Assembly: GCA_012026655.1 (NCBI GenBank)
Contig: JAAILG010000300.1
Location: 1-64,000, forward strand
DNA length: 64,000 nt
Direction: 5' to 3'
Source of the DNA: Hydrolagus affinis
Lineage: Eukaryota
Shown here: positions 41,143 through 53,592 of the stretch, piece by piece
Layout: every line of letters begins with the position of its first letter
Position numbering within the stretch: position 1 is the first letter of the stretch
The notes under the pieces: generated by a model
Databases searched by the model: none
What the model was told of the DNA's origin: nothing
Seen by the model: only the letters and a program-made list of their open reading frames with translations
Position numbers and translations under genes: made by a program

Positions 41143-42108
41143 TAATAATCCCTCAAAAAAAAATTGGTCATTTCAATCCACGACTTTTTGTGGAACACTA
41201 CTGTGCGCAATTGGCTGTAGTGTTTTGCCCACAGATATATACAGTCAATTCACTTTACAGTATATTTTGTGAAGTGCTTTGAGATATCTAGAAGACATGA
41301 AAAGCACTATATCAAAATGCAAGTATAATTATCACTATTAAGTACAGTATGATGAGATTACTTTTTTTTTATAAGACTTCATGAAGACTATGAATCATTA
41401 AATGACCATATCTGCTTTGAAACAGAACATTGTCAGAGTTAGATAATAACTATGAAATGTAAGGATATTCACTCAACAAGGATATGTTTACAATGTAGAG
41501 TTAGAAGCATGTTGAGATGTTAGGAGGGAGTGACATGGGCAATAAATTTTTAGAAACTGACCTTTGGTTCAATGAGGCTGTAAATGAATTTATTGGACCG
41601 GATGTTACCTTGGGAAGCCAAGTTTTCACTTAAAAGAGCAAGTTGTTCTCATAGTTATTAGTGGAGGAGCTTTGACTTCTTAATAATAATGCTTGGATTT
41701 GATATAGCGCTTTCCATGTATTCTAGACGTCTCAAAGCGCTTCACAGAATACACTGTAAAGTGAATTGACTGTATATTTGTGGACAAAACGCAGCAGCCA
41801 ATTGTGCACACCAGTGTTCCACGAACAGTCATGGATTGAAATGACCAATTTTTTTTGAGGGATTATTGTTAGGCATGTGGAGTAAGTAACCTTGCCCGAG
41901 GTTTCACCCTGCCTGGAATTGGACCCAGGTCTTTTGATTTGAAGGCAAGTGCTGTAACCACTGAGCTACAGGATGTAATGGGATGCTTACACTGTTATTC
42001 ATTCCTTGATTGTTGTTCATTCTATAATAATAAATTGGTCATTTCAATCCACGATTGTTTGTGGGACACCCGCTGTGCACAATTGGCTGCTGTGTTTCAC
42101 CCATATAC

Positions 42109-42153
<45 letters not shown>

Positions 42154-42240
42154 AATTCACTGGTTTCCAGTATAATGTGAAGCACTTTTGAGATGGCGAG
42201 AAGGCATGAAAAGCAGTACATCAAATGTAAGGAATATTAT
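41143..42240. mobile_element. Cluster of three short-family SINEs: + partial 41143-41340, - full 41681-41975, + partial 42025-42240 with a (TA)n expansion
   Basis: Shared core and tail motifs in alternating orientation. Confidence 0.85.
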
Positions 42241-43172
42241 TTTCATTATCCTAGATAGGTATTAAAACATTGTTACAGCATTTCTCCCTTTGCTGATGTT
42301 AACTTAACTTTAGCAAATGCTTGATCGTGGTGTCTTAACAGAAGGACTAGACTACCCTACCATCCGTTGGGTGATAATTTGCTTGCAGCAAAATCAAACA
42401 GTTTTTGTTTTATTACAGTACAAACACGCATCATTCAAATATCGTTGCATTTTAGTCCGAGGACTCTCCCCTCTTGAATTACTGTAGTTTTTTTTTTACA
42501 CACACACACCCACACACACTTAGGTTGGAAATCCCATTAAAAGTAAAAGACAAACGAATGTGTGAACCATTACAATTTCCCAAACCACAACTGGACTCTC
42601 AGCCGATCCAGCTCCGATTGATTCACCTGCCAAAAAATTTATGTTTTGTTATTTTTTTCCCCTTTCCCCCCCACCCACCCCCGCCTCCTAGAAAAATTGT
42701 TAACAGATTGATGCGTGTCCCGCCAAGTTGGTTTAAAGCGCTCTGAGACGCTGTCCGGCGTGGAGGGCGCTATATAAATCAAAGTTGTTGTTGTTGTCAC
42801 ATTTTAAAATCACACTTAAAAATCACACTCAGTGTGTCAGGGAGAACCCTAGCAATACCAACGGGCGTTAGCAAGTGGCCAGTGTAGAAACAGGTTGGAT
42901 TACTTTGCCTTTTGGGGAGAGGTGGGAGGGGGGGGGGGGAAAGGATGTCACTCCCAGGACCATGTCACTCCCAACTTGCTGCTGCAGGTAAAGCTAACGA
43001 TGGAGGAGGCATCTGAGCGTTTGCTGCTCGCTGTGTGTGTACATGGGTTTGTTCTGAAGGCGTGGTGGCGTTTCCAAGGCGATGCTATAATAACCTGGGC
43101 GGCAGCAATGAAATTGGGTTGGAAAAACAAAACCAAACAGGTCTAACCAGCACTGGCTACTAAACAGCCCCC

Positions 43173-43203
<31 letters not shown>

Positions 43204-43849
43204 GGTACTTTGCACAGACTCTTTTCATAGGGCCTATCCGGATCTGAAGCTCTCAGCGACCCTGGGTGGGGTGGGACACCAGTAACCTCATTTAAGGCGG
43301 AAGGATGAGAGTTTTTATTGGGTGAGTTGGGGTCGGAAGGCGGGTGGGAATCTCTGAACCCAGGTGGAGGCTGGGATCCGAGCCTTTCCATTGGTGCTGA
43401 GGGAGCAGTCGCCTCGGGCGGGTGTCTCACTCCCGGAATAAATAACAAGCCTGAGCCGGGTTACTGTTTAACTGAACCAGACCAGCGACTGGGGGCTGGA
43501 GACATGTTTAGTTCACAAGATGCGGAAGCAAATCCTTGTGTGTGTGTTTTGTTGTTGGGTTTTTGCTGGTGATGTCATTTGATTTATAAAAGCAACACCA
43601 ACCACCCAGACTCCCAGAGTTGACCGCTGTACCCTCGGTGTCCTGGCACTTTTACAGGAATATTCTTCGTGGACTGTCCGGGTCCACAATTCACTCTCTT
43701 TAAAAAAAATACAGATAAAATGCCTTTACACTTCATTCGTGAAGCGTTGGACGCCAAACCCGGGAGCCTCCTCTCAAACTCTTGCCAGACACACGTCAAA
43801 ATGTGTGTTTGATGATGAGTGTGTAACCAGCGGGATGTGTGATTACAGT

Positions 43850-44260
43850 ACATTGAGGGCTGTGAATAAGGAAACTCAACTTTCTTAACAGTTGCACTCT
43901 AATAGGGCGGGGACACTGTAACTATTTATTTAACGTGTTTACTGACAAAAAAAAATGCGCCGATACGTTAGTTAACAAGGTGTTGTTAGAATAACCCAAT
44001 AACAACGTTAACGTCAGTCAATAAACGCACCTTTTTAACGCTGAAACGTCAGACGATGCAACTTGACGATAAGGAGACTCGGATCGCTTTCCGAGGAAAC
44101 GGGTTTCATTTTTTGCGGCAATCAAACGTCGGAAGATTTCGAATATCAGCGGGGAGGGAAAGAGAGGCGAGAATCCCAATGATTTGCGCTCAGTGCGGCA
44201 GTGAATGTGTTTTGTTTTTATCTCATTGGCGTGAGGATTACCTGGCCGGGTGATGTGCGT
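43850..44260. promoter_or_regulatory. Candidate CpG-enriched promoter region upstream of ESRP2
   Basis: CpG is locally much denser than background. GC box GGGCGGGG at ~43904, CCAAT at ~43996, reverse CCAAT (ATTGG) at ~44225. It lies 1.3-1.6 kb upstream of the ATG. The TSS cannot be determined. Confidence 0.5.
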
Positions 44261-44804
44261 GCAGTTAGTTGTGTTTAGTGTAAAACAAATCAACAGTGCT
44301 GACATATTAATCATTAATATGGGGAGGCGAGTTTGTAGTTTTTAACTGATCGGTTGTAACTTCTAAACGGCGCAACAGGTATAATATTATACTGTGGGCA
44401 AAGTCCTTTTTTGATTTAAAAAAAAATCCACTCAAAAGTTAATCGGTTTCAAATGAAATGAAGTTGCATTTAATTTTATTCACTTTGTAAAACAGTCGGT
44501 CGTTGGCTGTTTGAAAGCGTCGTCCTGCCTTCGCAAAGACAAACATTTTGAAAATTCAACGTGAAACTGGTCAATGGGGGAAACGCACAATGACATAACA
44601 TGTTACTATGTGACCTATAAACCCAAACTCTTAAATGAGCCTTTAGATAAGACTCTGCAGGTTGAAGCCTCGCAGTGACTTCTTAATCTAACAGTTGGGG
44701 CCAAGAATAACTTTCGTTTTCCTTTTTTTTCCCACAAATTAACCCAGGTTTGTGCTTTGATTCCCATGTATCTGGGTCTGTTTGTTTGTTCAGTCAGTCA
44801 GCAA

Positions 44805-44904
44805 NNNNNNNNNNNNNNNNNNNNNNNNNNNNNNNNNNNNNNNNNNNNNNNNNNNNNNNNNNNNNNNNNNNNNNNNNNNNNNNNNNNNNNNNNNNNNNNN
44901 NNNN
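44805..44904. other. Assembly gap (100 N, probably a placeholder length)
   Basis: Run of N. Confidence 0.99.
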
Positions 44905-45516
44905 CTTGAAGGTGAAATTCTTCCTGTGGTTTGTTTGATCGTCAAACACAGGGAAAGGTGAATCGCCAATTGGATTGTTCTGATCCATGTATTTGCCACG
45001 TCCCTGTTTTCTTACTTGCAATAAGCCGATTGGATGTCCCCAGTGATTGCTGGTTTGACTATCACATGGTCTGACTTTGCAGGCAGGTAAATGAGGACAG
45101 AAAGCAGCCATCATTCCCCCCCACCCCCCCATGTTAGAGTGAAAGAGACAAGCCTTGTCATTTGCTCTTAGTCGACAACAAATCATCCATTGCCCCCACC
45201 TTCCCTTCACTCTTCAACCCTCCTCAAGAAACGCCTCGAATCAAACCAGGTAGAGAACTTAACAAGAACTCATTTTTATGCTTGGTCTCTCTTTCTCTCT
45301 CTCACCAACAAATTAATATCATTGGGGAGGAGGAGGAGGGGGGGAAACAAAGGAACTGTCTTGTCTTGATTTCTAGCTCTTTTTAAAAAAAAAATATTCT
45401 TTCTTTAAAGACCGGTCGTAGAGGTGATCATTTAAAAAAAAAAATATATATTTAATATATAACATACATTAAAACAAAAGGTGTTTGAAATCTTCTGCTT
45501 GTTGTAGCTCTCGTTC

Positions 45517-45648
45517 ATGATGGCTTCGCACGATTCTCTGGTGGTTTTGTATGGGGCAACAGCTGGTGCAAATGGGGCTAAACTGGGTTCGGATGAGAGG
45601 GAAATAGTTCTCTTGGTGTGGCAAGTTGTGGATCTCCACAACAAGAAG
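45517..45648 (+). CDS. ESRP2: ESRP2 coding exon 1 (start of DnaQ-like domain)
   Basis: [44 protein letters not shown] matches ESRP N-termini. 132 nt; donor AAG|GTAATG. Confidence 0.95.
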
Positions 45649-45882
45649 GTAATGCGATTGACGTGGATTCACTTTTGTTTTATTTTGTTCTCGCTTTGAT
45701 TTTTTTTTCCACACCATAGTCTCTCTCTCTCTCTTTCTCTTTACACGTCGGTGTCTAATGTATGTGTGTGTCTAACTTTACTCTTGTGTGTGTATATGTG
45801 TGTGTCAACTTTTTCTCTCTGTGTGTGTGTGTTTGTTTGTAAAGGTGTTTCATCCACTGTTTTACGTCTGCCGTGTTTACAG

Positions 45883-46011
45883 GTGGGAGAAGTGCATAAA
45901 GTCCTGGTGAAACCCGACCACCTGGAGATCAGCGAGCGGTTCGAAGAGGAGACTGGCGTCAGTTCGGAGCAGATTTGCAAAGCGGAGTCGCTCGAGCGGG
46001 TTCTCCTACAG
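45883..46011 (+). CDS. ESRP2: ESRP2 coding exon 2
   Basis: tttacag|VGEVHKVLVKPDHLEISERFEEETGVSSEQICKAESLERVLLQ|gtaagc; 129 nt. Confidence 0.95.
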
Positions 46012-49000
46012 GTAAGCCGACCCCGAGCCTTCGTTACTTGGTGTGAAATGCATAAGGCGATGGGGGTGGGGGGTGAGAGAGAGGATAGAGCAGAGCGCAG
46101 AATGGACCTGTCTATCTTGTTTGTATCATCTAAGGTGAAAAATCTAAGCCTGGTTTAGCGACTGATGAATGTGTGTGTGGGGGGGAGGGAGGGGGGAGTG
46201 TGTGTAGAGAGAGCTGAAAATGAAGATGTCTTCTCCCCTCCCACCCCGCCTCCCACCCAAACTCAAACCACAGTCGGCTGTTGTACTAACACAGAAAGCG
46301 GCGCCAATGTTGGGAGGAACTCACCTGAATCCTGGCTGGTAATTAGCAGAAATCCGGCCGCCTTCACTAACCCTCCACTGCACACCCCGGTGAGGGGGGG
46401 GGGGGGTGAGGGGTTAGTGTATATGGGGGACAGAGAGAGAGAGAGGCTTCTGTGTGGAAAGTATAATTGTTGATCGGTGCAGCATTCTTGTGAAAGCAGT
46501 TCTCTTGTGTTTTCATTTTTTTTAATTTAAAAAAAAAGCCGACTTGTGGCTTTAATCATTTCTGTTAATAAAGGGGTGTTTTTTTTTAAAAAGACTGGAG
46601 CCCAAACGGTTTGAGTTCTGTGTGTGTTGGGGTGGGGGGGGGAGGGGGTGGAGAGAGAGAGGGAGACTCATTTTGAGGGCCTATTTCCTCAACACCCCCC
46701 CCAGCCTCTCTCTTGGCCATTTGCAACCTCGATGTTGTGCTAAGTGAACAGGTGAATGAAGTATCTGAGTTGGATGGGGGCTGGGCACTGAACACTGTTC
46801 ACCTGTGTGACAGCTTTGAGATCTGCATTGACCACAGCTGTGTGTCTTGTCTGTGTGTCTTGTCAATCGCAGATAAGTTGAGAGTAGCTTCCAGTTGAAA
46901 TAAGTTGACCAGGGCATGTGATTCTCAATATTTAAAGGGACATTAAAAGCAAACTTTTGTGTTCCTCAACTACATTTTAAGCCTGAATTGGCTCTTTAAA
47001 AATGCAGCCTGTGTGCTATTTCCAAATCAAAGAAGGAGCAGTGGATTTAAGGAGCAGAGCAAACTAGATTTACGTGAATATTTAAAATGCCCTTTTTAAA
47101 AAAAAAAATCCATCAAGAATGGGAAGGTTTTAACCAAAATAAATAAGGCAATTCCTAATCGATTGGATTCCTGTCTTGGCAAGACTTAACTCCGCAGATC
47201 ATTCCGAGGTGGGGATGCCACTGTTTTCCCCTCTAGCAGCACTAACCACGTGTGTGTGTGTTTTTGCAAATGTAATTTTGTTTATTACATGATGACTCCA
47301 TTGTTTCATTCATTGGGAGGTGACTGGATCTTGTGAAATTGGTGTCAATTCTCTCTTCCTTGTGCACCCCCCCCCCCACAAAAAAAAAGCCACACACACC
47401 TACACTTCACTGTTCAAATTTCTTCTGGGTCTCATTTAAAACGTCAAAACTGCAGCCAATCAATATTTTTTTCCTACATGTATGAGTGGAAATCTATTGG
47501 AAGCAATAGTTGACTTTAGCAGTTACGTCAATACTTCCAACCTCTTTTAGGGGCAGTGACCTACGAATCGCCTAGGAATTTAAAATACCCAAAGCTTTTT
47601 TGCTCTTACAGTTTGTGTCTGTGTGTGTGTGTATGCAAATTATGAACCAGCTACTTACAATAATTGAGCAAAACTTCATAACCTTTCCAAAGTCCTACAT
47701 GTTCAATATATCATTAAGTTGTATATTCAGTCTTAGCAGTAATTGTTTTAACTTAGTCCACTTCCTGTACAGGGGAAAAAAAGTCTCTAATTCATTCAGT
47801 TAATGCAAATTATTACAATCTTGTATTTTTGTGGACTGGCGATTGGGTGTGAAGACTGTTTTCATTGCAATGGGACTGTATTATCTCAGCCCATGTCTTG
47901 TAAGGGAACCTGTGTCAAATACAAGCCTGTGGGAATGACTTAGTTATTGCCTTGTTTTTGTGAGTCTCATTGGTATCACAGCTGAGCTGATGTTCTGTTA
48001 CCAGGTACAATACTTGCTCATGTCCTTGAGCTCGGAGGTGCTGGAGGCAGCGCAGGTGGATTGACTTTGCCTTTGCCTACGTTGCTTTGGCTTTGACATC
48101 AACAAGCTTTGTGCTTGAGGCCGTTTATAAATGGCAGAGTTGTTTGGAGAGACCCGCTCACGACTGCCTTGTTTTTCCGTTGCGATTCTATGCCTTTTTT
48201 TTTAATACACACATCACCTTCACTTTGGTCAATGGAACATAACCAACAACCTGCGAAGTGGCGTGTGATTGCAAAGTGCGTGAACTAAGTAAGCTGGATT
48301 TGCACTGACCTCAATGCAGTGAGAAAGGGCTGTGTTCTGTTCATAGCTTGACGAGATTATTCCATGTAGTGAAATAACATTGTTAGTTATGATGAGTCGA
48401 AGATTGCAAGCAAAACAATTTTTTTTAAGAGGCATACAAGTTGAAGATTCTCAAGAATCAGTACTGCAATGATCTACGTTAAAACTACCTAGTCTTGGAA
48501 GCTGTTGTATTCCCGTAAGCATTTTTTTTGGGGGAAAAAAAATCTATTGTTGCTTGTGATATGCATTATTTGTTTGTGTCGGGAAGCTTTGTTTATGCAG
48601 TTCAACCTGCAGAGAGCATTATTTTAAGTGATGTTGTATTGTATAGAAAGGGGTGGAGAAGGAAGCAGGAAAGAGGAGGCTGGAGTGCAGTGTCAATGAC
48701 TGATGGAGGGACTTTTTTTTTCAGCACAAGCTGGTCAAACTTGTTGTTCTGCCTTATGATGCAAGGACTGACAAGGCACACTTTACTTGTCAGACCAGTA
48801 TCTCCACTTTGCAAACTTGCACTGTTGAGTGTTTTCTTTCCTTTTCTTAAAATAAAAAAAAGTTGCTTAATTTTGACAGGTTATAAGGAGTTGAACCGAC
48901 CCTAGTTTAGATCTTTTAACAACTTATTCAAATTCCCTGCATCATTTACAAGATGTATCTATCATTCCTTCCAATGCTAAGTGCTGGTGATGTAACTTTG

Positions 49001-50229
49001 ATGCTGCCATCACTTTTGGCTTTTCCAGACATTGTGGGGCCACCTGTAATTGTCAGAGCAGTCGTAGGCAGTTGGATTTAGTTCTCTTTTGTGGTCTGAA
49101 ACCTATAATGAAAAGGCAGATGTGTTTTCAGATGTTACCATAGCTTCTGCCTGTCCAGCCTCAGTAGAAAGATTTTATGACTGGCAAGAGTGGCACAGCC
49201 CTTGTACCTGTTTAAAAACTCTGGAGCATTACATGTTTTCAAAGCAACTTTGAGGAAATGTCATTCTCGAGCGAGCAAGACGCAGTACATCTGTGCTGTT
49301 TGTACTGGCATTAGATAACTTTAAAATGAATAATTAAGTCTCAAGTAAGACGTTGCAGCAGCTGTAAATTTCTACCGTGTCGCTTAAATCAAGAATGGGC
49401 GGAGTATTGAATGAGACAAGTGATCAAAATAGCTTTTTTTTCCCTCTCACTTCTCTCCCCCTCTCCTGAAATCCATGGATATTGTAATTGTTGATTTATA
49501 TTTAAAAAGTTGTATTTTTAGGGGACATTTTCTTACACTCCATATCTTTGTAGAATAAATCTTTTAATTGACAGTATATGCAGTGCAAACCTTGCTTAAT
49601 ATTTCAATCTATTTGACTGCTGCCTTCAAGTCACTAGATTTAAATGATTTGGCCTAGCTCTTGTCCTTTTTTTTGTATAAGATATTTGCTTAAACTGACT
49701 AGCTCCTATGTATTCTAGTTAAACCTGTAAGTGATGAGTATTTAGTCGCTCTACCATTTCCTTTCCAGACTGTGTTCCAAGCGCTGAAACCTGTGTTCAG
49801 TGTGAGAGGAGCAAAGTTGTACAGTAATCCTCAAATTGTAGCAGTTGGGATCGTACATCAATATGATTTATACAAAGTATGAGTTGTGACAAACTAGCAT
49901 AGAATACAAACTGCTGAGCGGGACTTGGACAGATGTATGACTTGAGTGATTATACAATTTATAGAGGTCAGACTTGTGTGAGTTTTACTATATCTTACAT
50001 TCCCTCTCTCAGCTCTCTTCCCCAATCTGAAAACACTTAAAATAAATTGCATAAACATTGTAACTAGAGAATATTTGGGGTGGCAAATTACTACTGGCAT
50101 TGTGCTTTGTTGGGTGTTGGCAAAGTTGATGTGTCTTTGCGGTTGAGATGCTTTCAGTGTGTTTCATTCTTTTGAAAGGTGTGAAACCGGTTAGTATAAA
50201 TGAACTTTTGTTTCTCCCCCACTCCCCAG

Positions 50230-50343
50230 ATTAACGAAGTTTTATCAAGTGAGTTGAAAGCACTGGGGAGAAGATCATATTGCTTTTGCACTGATGGCCA
50301 GCTACTCATTCGCCAGGTTCTACATCCAGAAGCATCCAAAAAG
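50230..50343 (+). CDS. ESRP2: ESRP2 coding exon 3
   Basis: ccccag|INEVLSSELKALGRRSYCFCTDGQLLIRQVLHPEASKK|gtgaaa; 114 nt. Confidence 0.95.
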
Positions 50344-50669
50344 GTGAAACTGAATTTAATTATTAAGGCTGTCAATGAGGTTTGCACATGTTTGATTTAC
50401 ATTAAGTTGGCACCACAACAAATTGTATTTATGTAGTGCCTTTCGTGTTGGGATGTCCCAAGGCGCTGGATAGTCAAGGGTCTGCACCCAAGCAATTTCT
50501 CACACAGCCAGTAAGTGACGGAATAACTTCACCTGGGGAAATATTAGCCAGGGTCACAGGAAGAATCTCTCCCTTCTGTTTTGGGCATCATGCCATGTGA
50601 GAGTTCCATCTGAACAGGCAGATGAGACCTCGGTTTAATTTTTCATCTGAGCGATGGCACCCCTTCCAA

Positions 50670-50935
50670 GAGATTCAATTCCCGGCAGGTTAGGGCGAAA
50701 CCTAGGGGCAAGTTTCCTTACTCCACACGCCTAATAATCCCTCAAAAACAAAAACACACACAATGATTAATTGGTCATTTCAATGCACGACTGTTTGTGG
50801 GACACTGCTGTGCGCAACTGGCGGCCGCGTTTCGCCCACAAATATACAGTCAATTCACTTTACAGTACATTCTGTAAAGCACTTTTGAGATGTCTAGAAT
50901 ATGTGTAAAGTGCTATATCAAATGTAAGGATGATT
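50670..50935 (+). mobile_element. Short-family SINE in intron 3, head truncated
   Basis: cccggcaggttagggcgaaacc..gtgggacactgctgtgcgcaactggcggccgcg..tail. Confidence 0.85.
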
Positions 50936-51202
50936 TGCACAGGTTCCCAGGACCCTGGTAGACACTCAGAGACTTGACACACTGTGTAGAGGAAGCCAGC
51001 CAGTCGTGTTGGAAGTGGGAAGTTTACTGCATTTGCGGCAAACTTGGGTACCTCCACTGCGCTATAAATGCACCCGTAATACAGTGAAGAGACTAGCCAA
51101 CAGTAAAGGGAAAAAGTCAGGTCAAACACTAGGAGGAGGAGGTCAGGAAAAAAAAAAGTGGTTGAAAAGCTGATCACTGATTCTTTGTATCTTCACTTGT
51201 AG

Positions 51203-51317
51203 AACCTGGTGCTCCCAGACTGTTTCTATTCATTTTATGACCTGCGGAAGGAGTTTCACAAATGCTGCCCAGATATTTCCTCCGTGAAAGAACTCTCCAT
51301 CAGTTCCATGGCTGAAT
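51203..51317 (+). CDS. ESRP2: ESRP2 coding exon 4
   Basis: ttgtag|[38 protein letters not shown]+T|gtatcctt; 115 nt; not in the ORF track. Confidence 0.95.
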
Positions 51318-51496
51318 GTATCCTTCCTTCTGCTTAACTAATTTGTTTGTTGCATTCGAATGTTTGTTGTGGTTTGAGATGCACACTGATCTGAAAGAAT
51401 TGAAGTGTATCATCATTTGTCAAGATCTTTTATCAACAAAACCAAGCTAGACATTGAATATAAGAATTCTGTCATGTTCCTTAATCCTTTATGCAG
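51318..51496 (+). other. ESRP2: U12-type (minor spliceosome) GT-AG intron 4 of ESRP2
   Basis: 5' site GTATCCTT; branch sequence TTCCTTAAT at 51477-51485, close to the AG at 51495-51496; no long polypyrimidine tract. Confidence 0.9.
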
Positions 51497-51595
51497 ATTT
51501 AGAAATAAGCACAGACAAAACGATAGACAACTTTGGCGTATTTGAAATGAAGACCATGGGTGCAATAATTTTAAACCTGTTAGATGAACCTCATC
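51497..51595 (+). CDS. ESRP2: ESRP2 coding exon 5
   Basis: atgcag|(Y)LEISTDKTIDNFGVFEMKTMGAIILNLLDEPH+C|gtaagt; 99 nt; phases fit. Confidence 0.92.
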
Positions 51596-51680
51596 GTAAG
51601 TAAACACTAGTTTAATTCTGTGCATTGGTTGAGGTCAGTGACTAGTCTATAGTTATTGTTTCACCTTTCTTATTTTTCAG

Positions 51681-51735
51681 ATCATGAATTACAAACTGCT
51701 GAACCAGTGAACTATAAATTTGAAACTGGTCCCTG
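51681..51735 (+). CDS. ESRP2: ESRP2 coding exon 6
   Basis: tttcag|(H)HELQTAEPVNYKFETGP+TG|gtaagt; 55 nt. Confidence 0.93.
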
Positions 51736-51751
51736 GTAAGTGTTTGAGAGG

Positions 51752-52050
51752 AATAATAATCCTTGCATTTGATATTGCGCTTTTCGCATTTTCTAGACAT
51801 CTCAAAGCGCTTCACAGAATATATTGTAAAGTGAATTGACTGTATATTTGTAGGCGAAATGTGGCAGCCAATTGCCCACAGCAGTGTCCCACAAACGGGA
51901 TTGAAATAACCAATTTATTATTGATTTTTGAGCGATTATTATTAGGTGTGTGGAATCAAGAAATTTGCCCAAGTTTTCGCCCTGCTGGGAATCAAGCCCA
52001 GGTCCCCTGCCTGCAAGGCGAGTGCTCTAACCACAGAGCTACAGAACTCC
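51752..52050 (-). mobile_element. Short-family SINE in intron 6, full length, antisense
   Basis: Reverse complement of the family. The head reads ctcgc-cttgcag-gcagg, a tRNA-Ala(TGC)-like arm. Confidence 0.9.
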
Positions 52051-52783
52051 AGAGTACCTGAGTGACGTGTTTACTGCAGGTGCTAGGAATATTGGAATCT
52101 CCAAAATACACTGGCAAATTGTTTTAACAAATCACAGTGAACTTCCCTAGAGCAGAATAGTTGTCGCTTAGGAAACCCGAGCAGAAGGTTAAAGCCTGTG
52201 TACAGTGAGTAACCAAATACCTGTAGTGCTGCACTAGTTTGCAATCTCAGCTGTGTTGTTAGTTGTCATTGAAAAGAGGCGAGTGGGGTAAAATTACACC
52301 TGGTTCTAAGTTCATTCTTTAAATTAGTCTCCAGAATTTGGCAAGTTGTTGAACTCGGTCCTAACTTTGAATCTGTTTTTCCTGCAGTTCTGAAACTAAC
52401 TTGCAAAAAAAAAAACACTTAGAACTTGCCAAATTTTTTGACATTGTGAAATGCTATATGAATATCCAGGTGGAATTTTACCCCTTGGATATCTTAGGTG
52501 GGAGGGATGATCGTAAAAGTCTTTTTGGGAAGCTATGCCAAATCTCCTGATTTGCTAACTTTTGGAAGAAGCCTGAGGGAAAAAACATCATCTAGGTGTA
52601 CAGCTCTGGAGTACTCTGGAAAAAGGGTAGAAAATAAGTGGAACCTGTCCAAAAAAAAAAAATTATTGCAGGAACTTCCTGTGCAAAGAGATTAATTCGA
52701 GAGAGTATTTCAAAATTGTATTAAAATTCTTCCCAGCAACATACCTGGATGGGAACGTTCACTGTTAAAACGTTCACTTTCAG

Positions 52784-52894
52784 CAGCAAGGCCGAAGCTG
52801 TTGATGGCGAAACTGTAATAAGAGCGAGAGGATTACCATGGCAATCCTCTGATCAAGACATTGCAAGATTTTTCAAAGGGCTGAACATAGCAAA
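52784..52894 (+). CDS. ESRP2: ESRP2 coding exon 7 (start of qRRM1)
   Basis: tttcag|(C)[36 protein letters not shown]+AA|gtatgt; 111 nt. Confidence 0.96.
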
Positions 52895-53592
52895 GTATGT
52901 ATGGCTTGTAAGCAAAATGACTTGTATTTTCTGACTGTTGGACCTTTTCAATCAGTCTTCATTCTCTAAATATCGCAAACCTGCACTCATCTAGTTTTGG
53001 AGCGTCTTTTAGCTCTGCATCTTCAGTGACTAGCTGTAGTTCAACTTTTGAACCTATTCATTGTTAACAGGAGAGGTCAGCAACGCAGTGCTTAGCTCTG
53101 CCATAGAAAACTTGTTACAGTCCTGATTCCTGTCAGTAAGGCCACATGTAGGAGTCGAGTCCTGATGTTCAGCATGTAACAATAACTGACAGATTGAATA
53201 AACTGTTCAAAGGCATCTTTGATTTAGATGAACATAATTTTTATTCGGGTGGGGAGGGGGGAGAGGAGGAAAGAGTGAGAAGTTTACTTATGAAAATGGC
53301 TGTTGACCATCTTGAAATCCTCCTGATATAGATGTAAATTGTTATTTTATTATTTGGACTAATTTTCTGGCAGTTTACTTCAGCGCCAAGGAGGAAGTTA
53401 AATGGGGAAGTGCTTTGGGATGCTGGAGGGCGCTATATAAATCAAAGTTGTTGTTGTTGGGGACTAATTGCTCACGTGCTGGAAACTGTATAAATTCAAG
53501 CATTAATGTTGAATGGATTTTTGGAGGTTTGACCGCCCAGTAATGGGTTCATCAGTGAGTTTAATGTAAATGGTCTCTTTTTCAAATTGCAG

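Noticed and set aside
43143-43572. GC-rich Pro/Gly ORFs on both strands upstream of ESRP2
   Set aside because: No recognisable homology or convincing splice context; open frames are expected in GC-rich promoter-proximal DNA.
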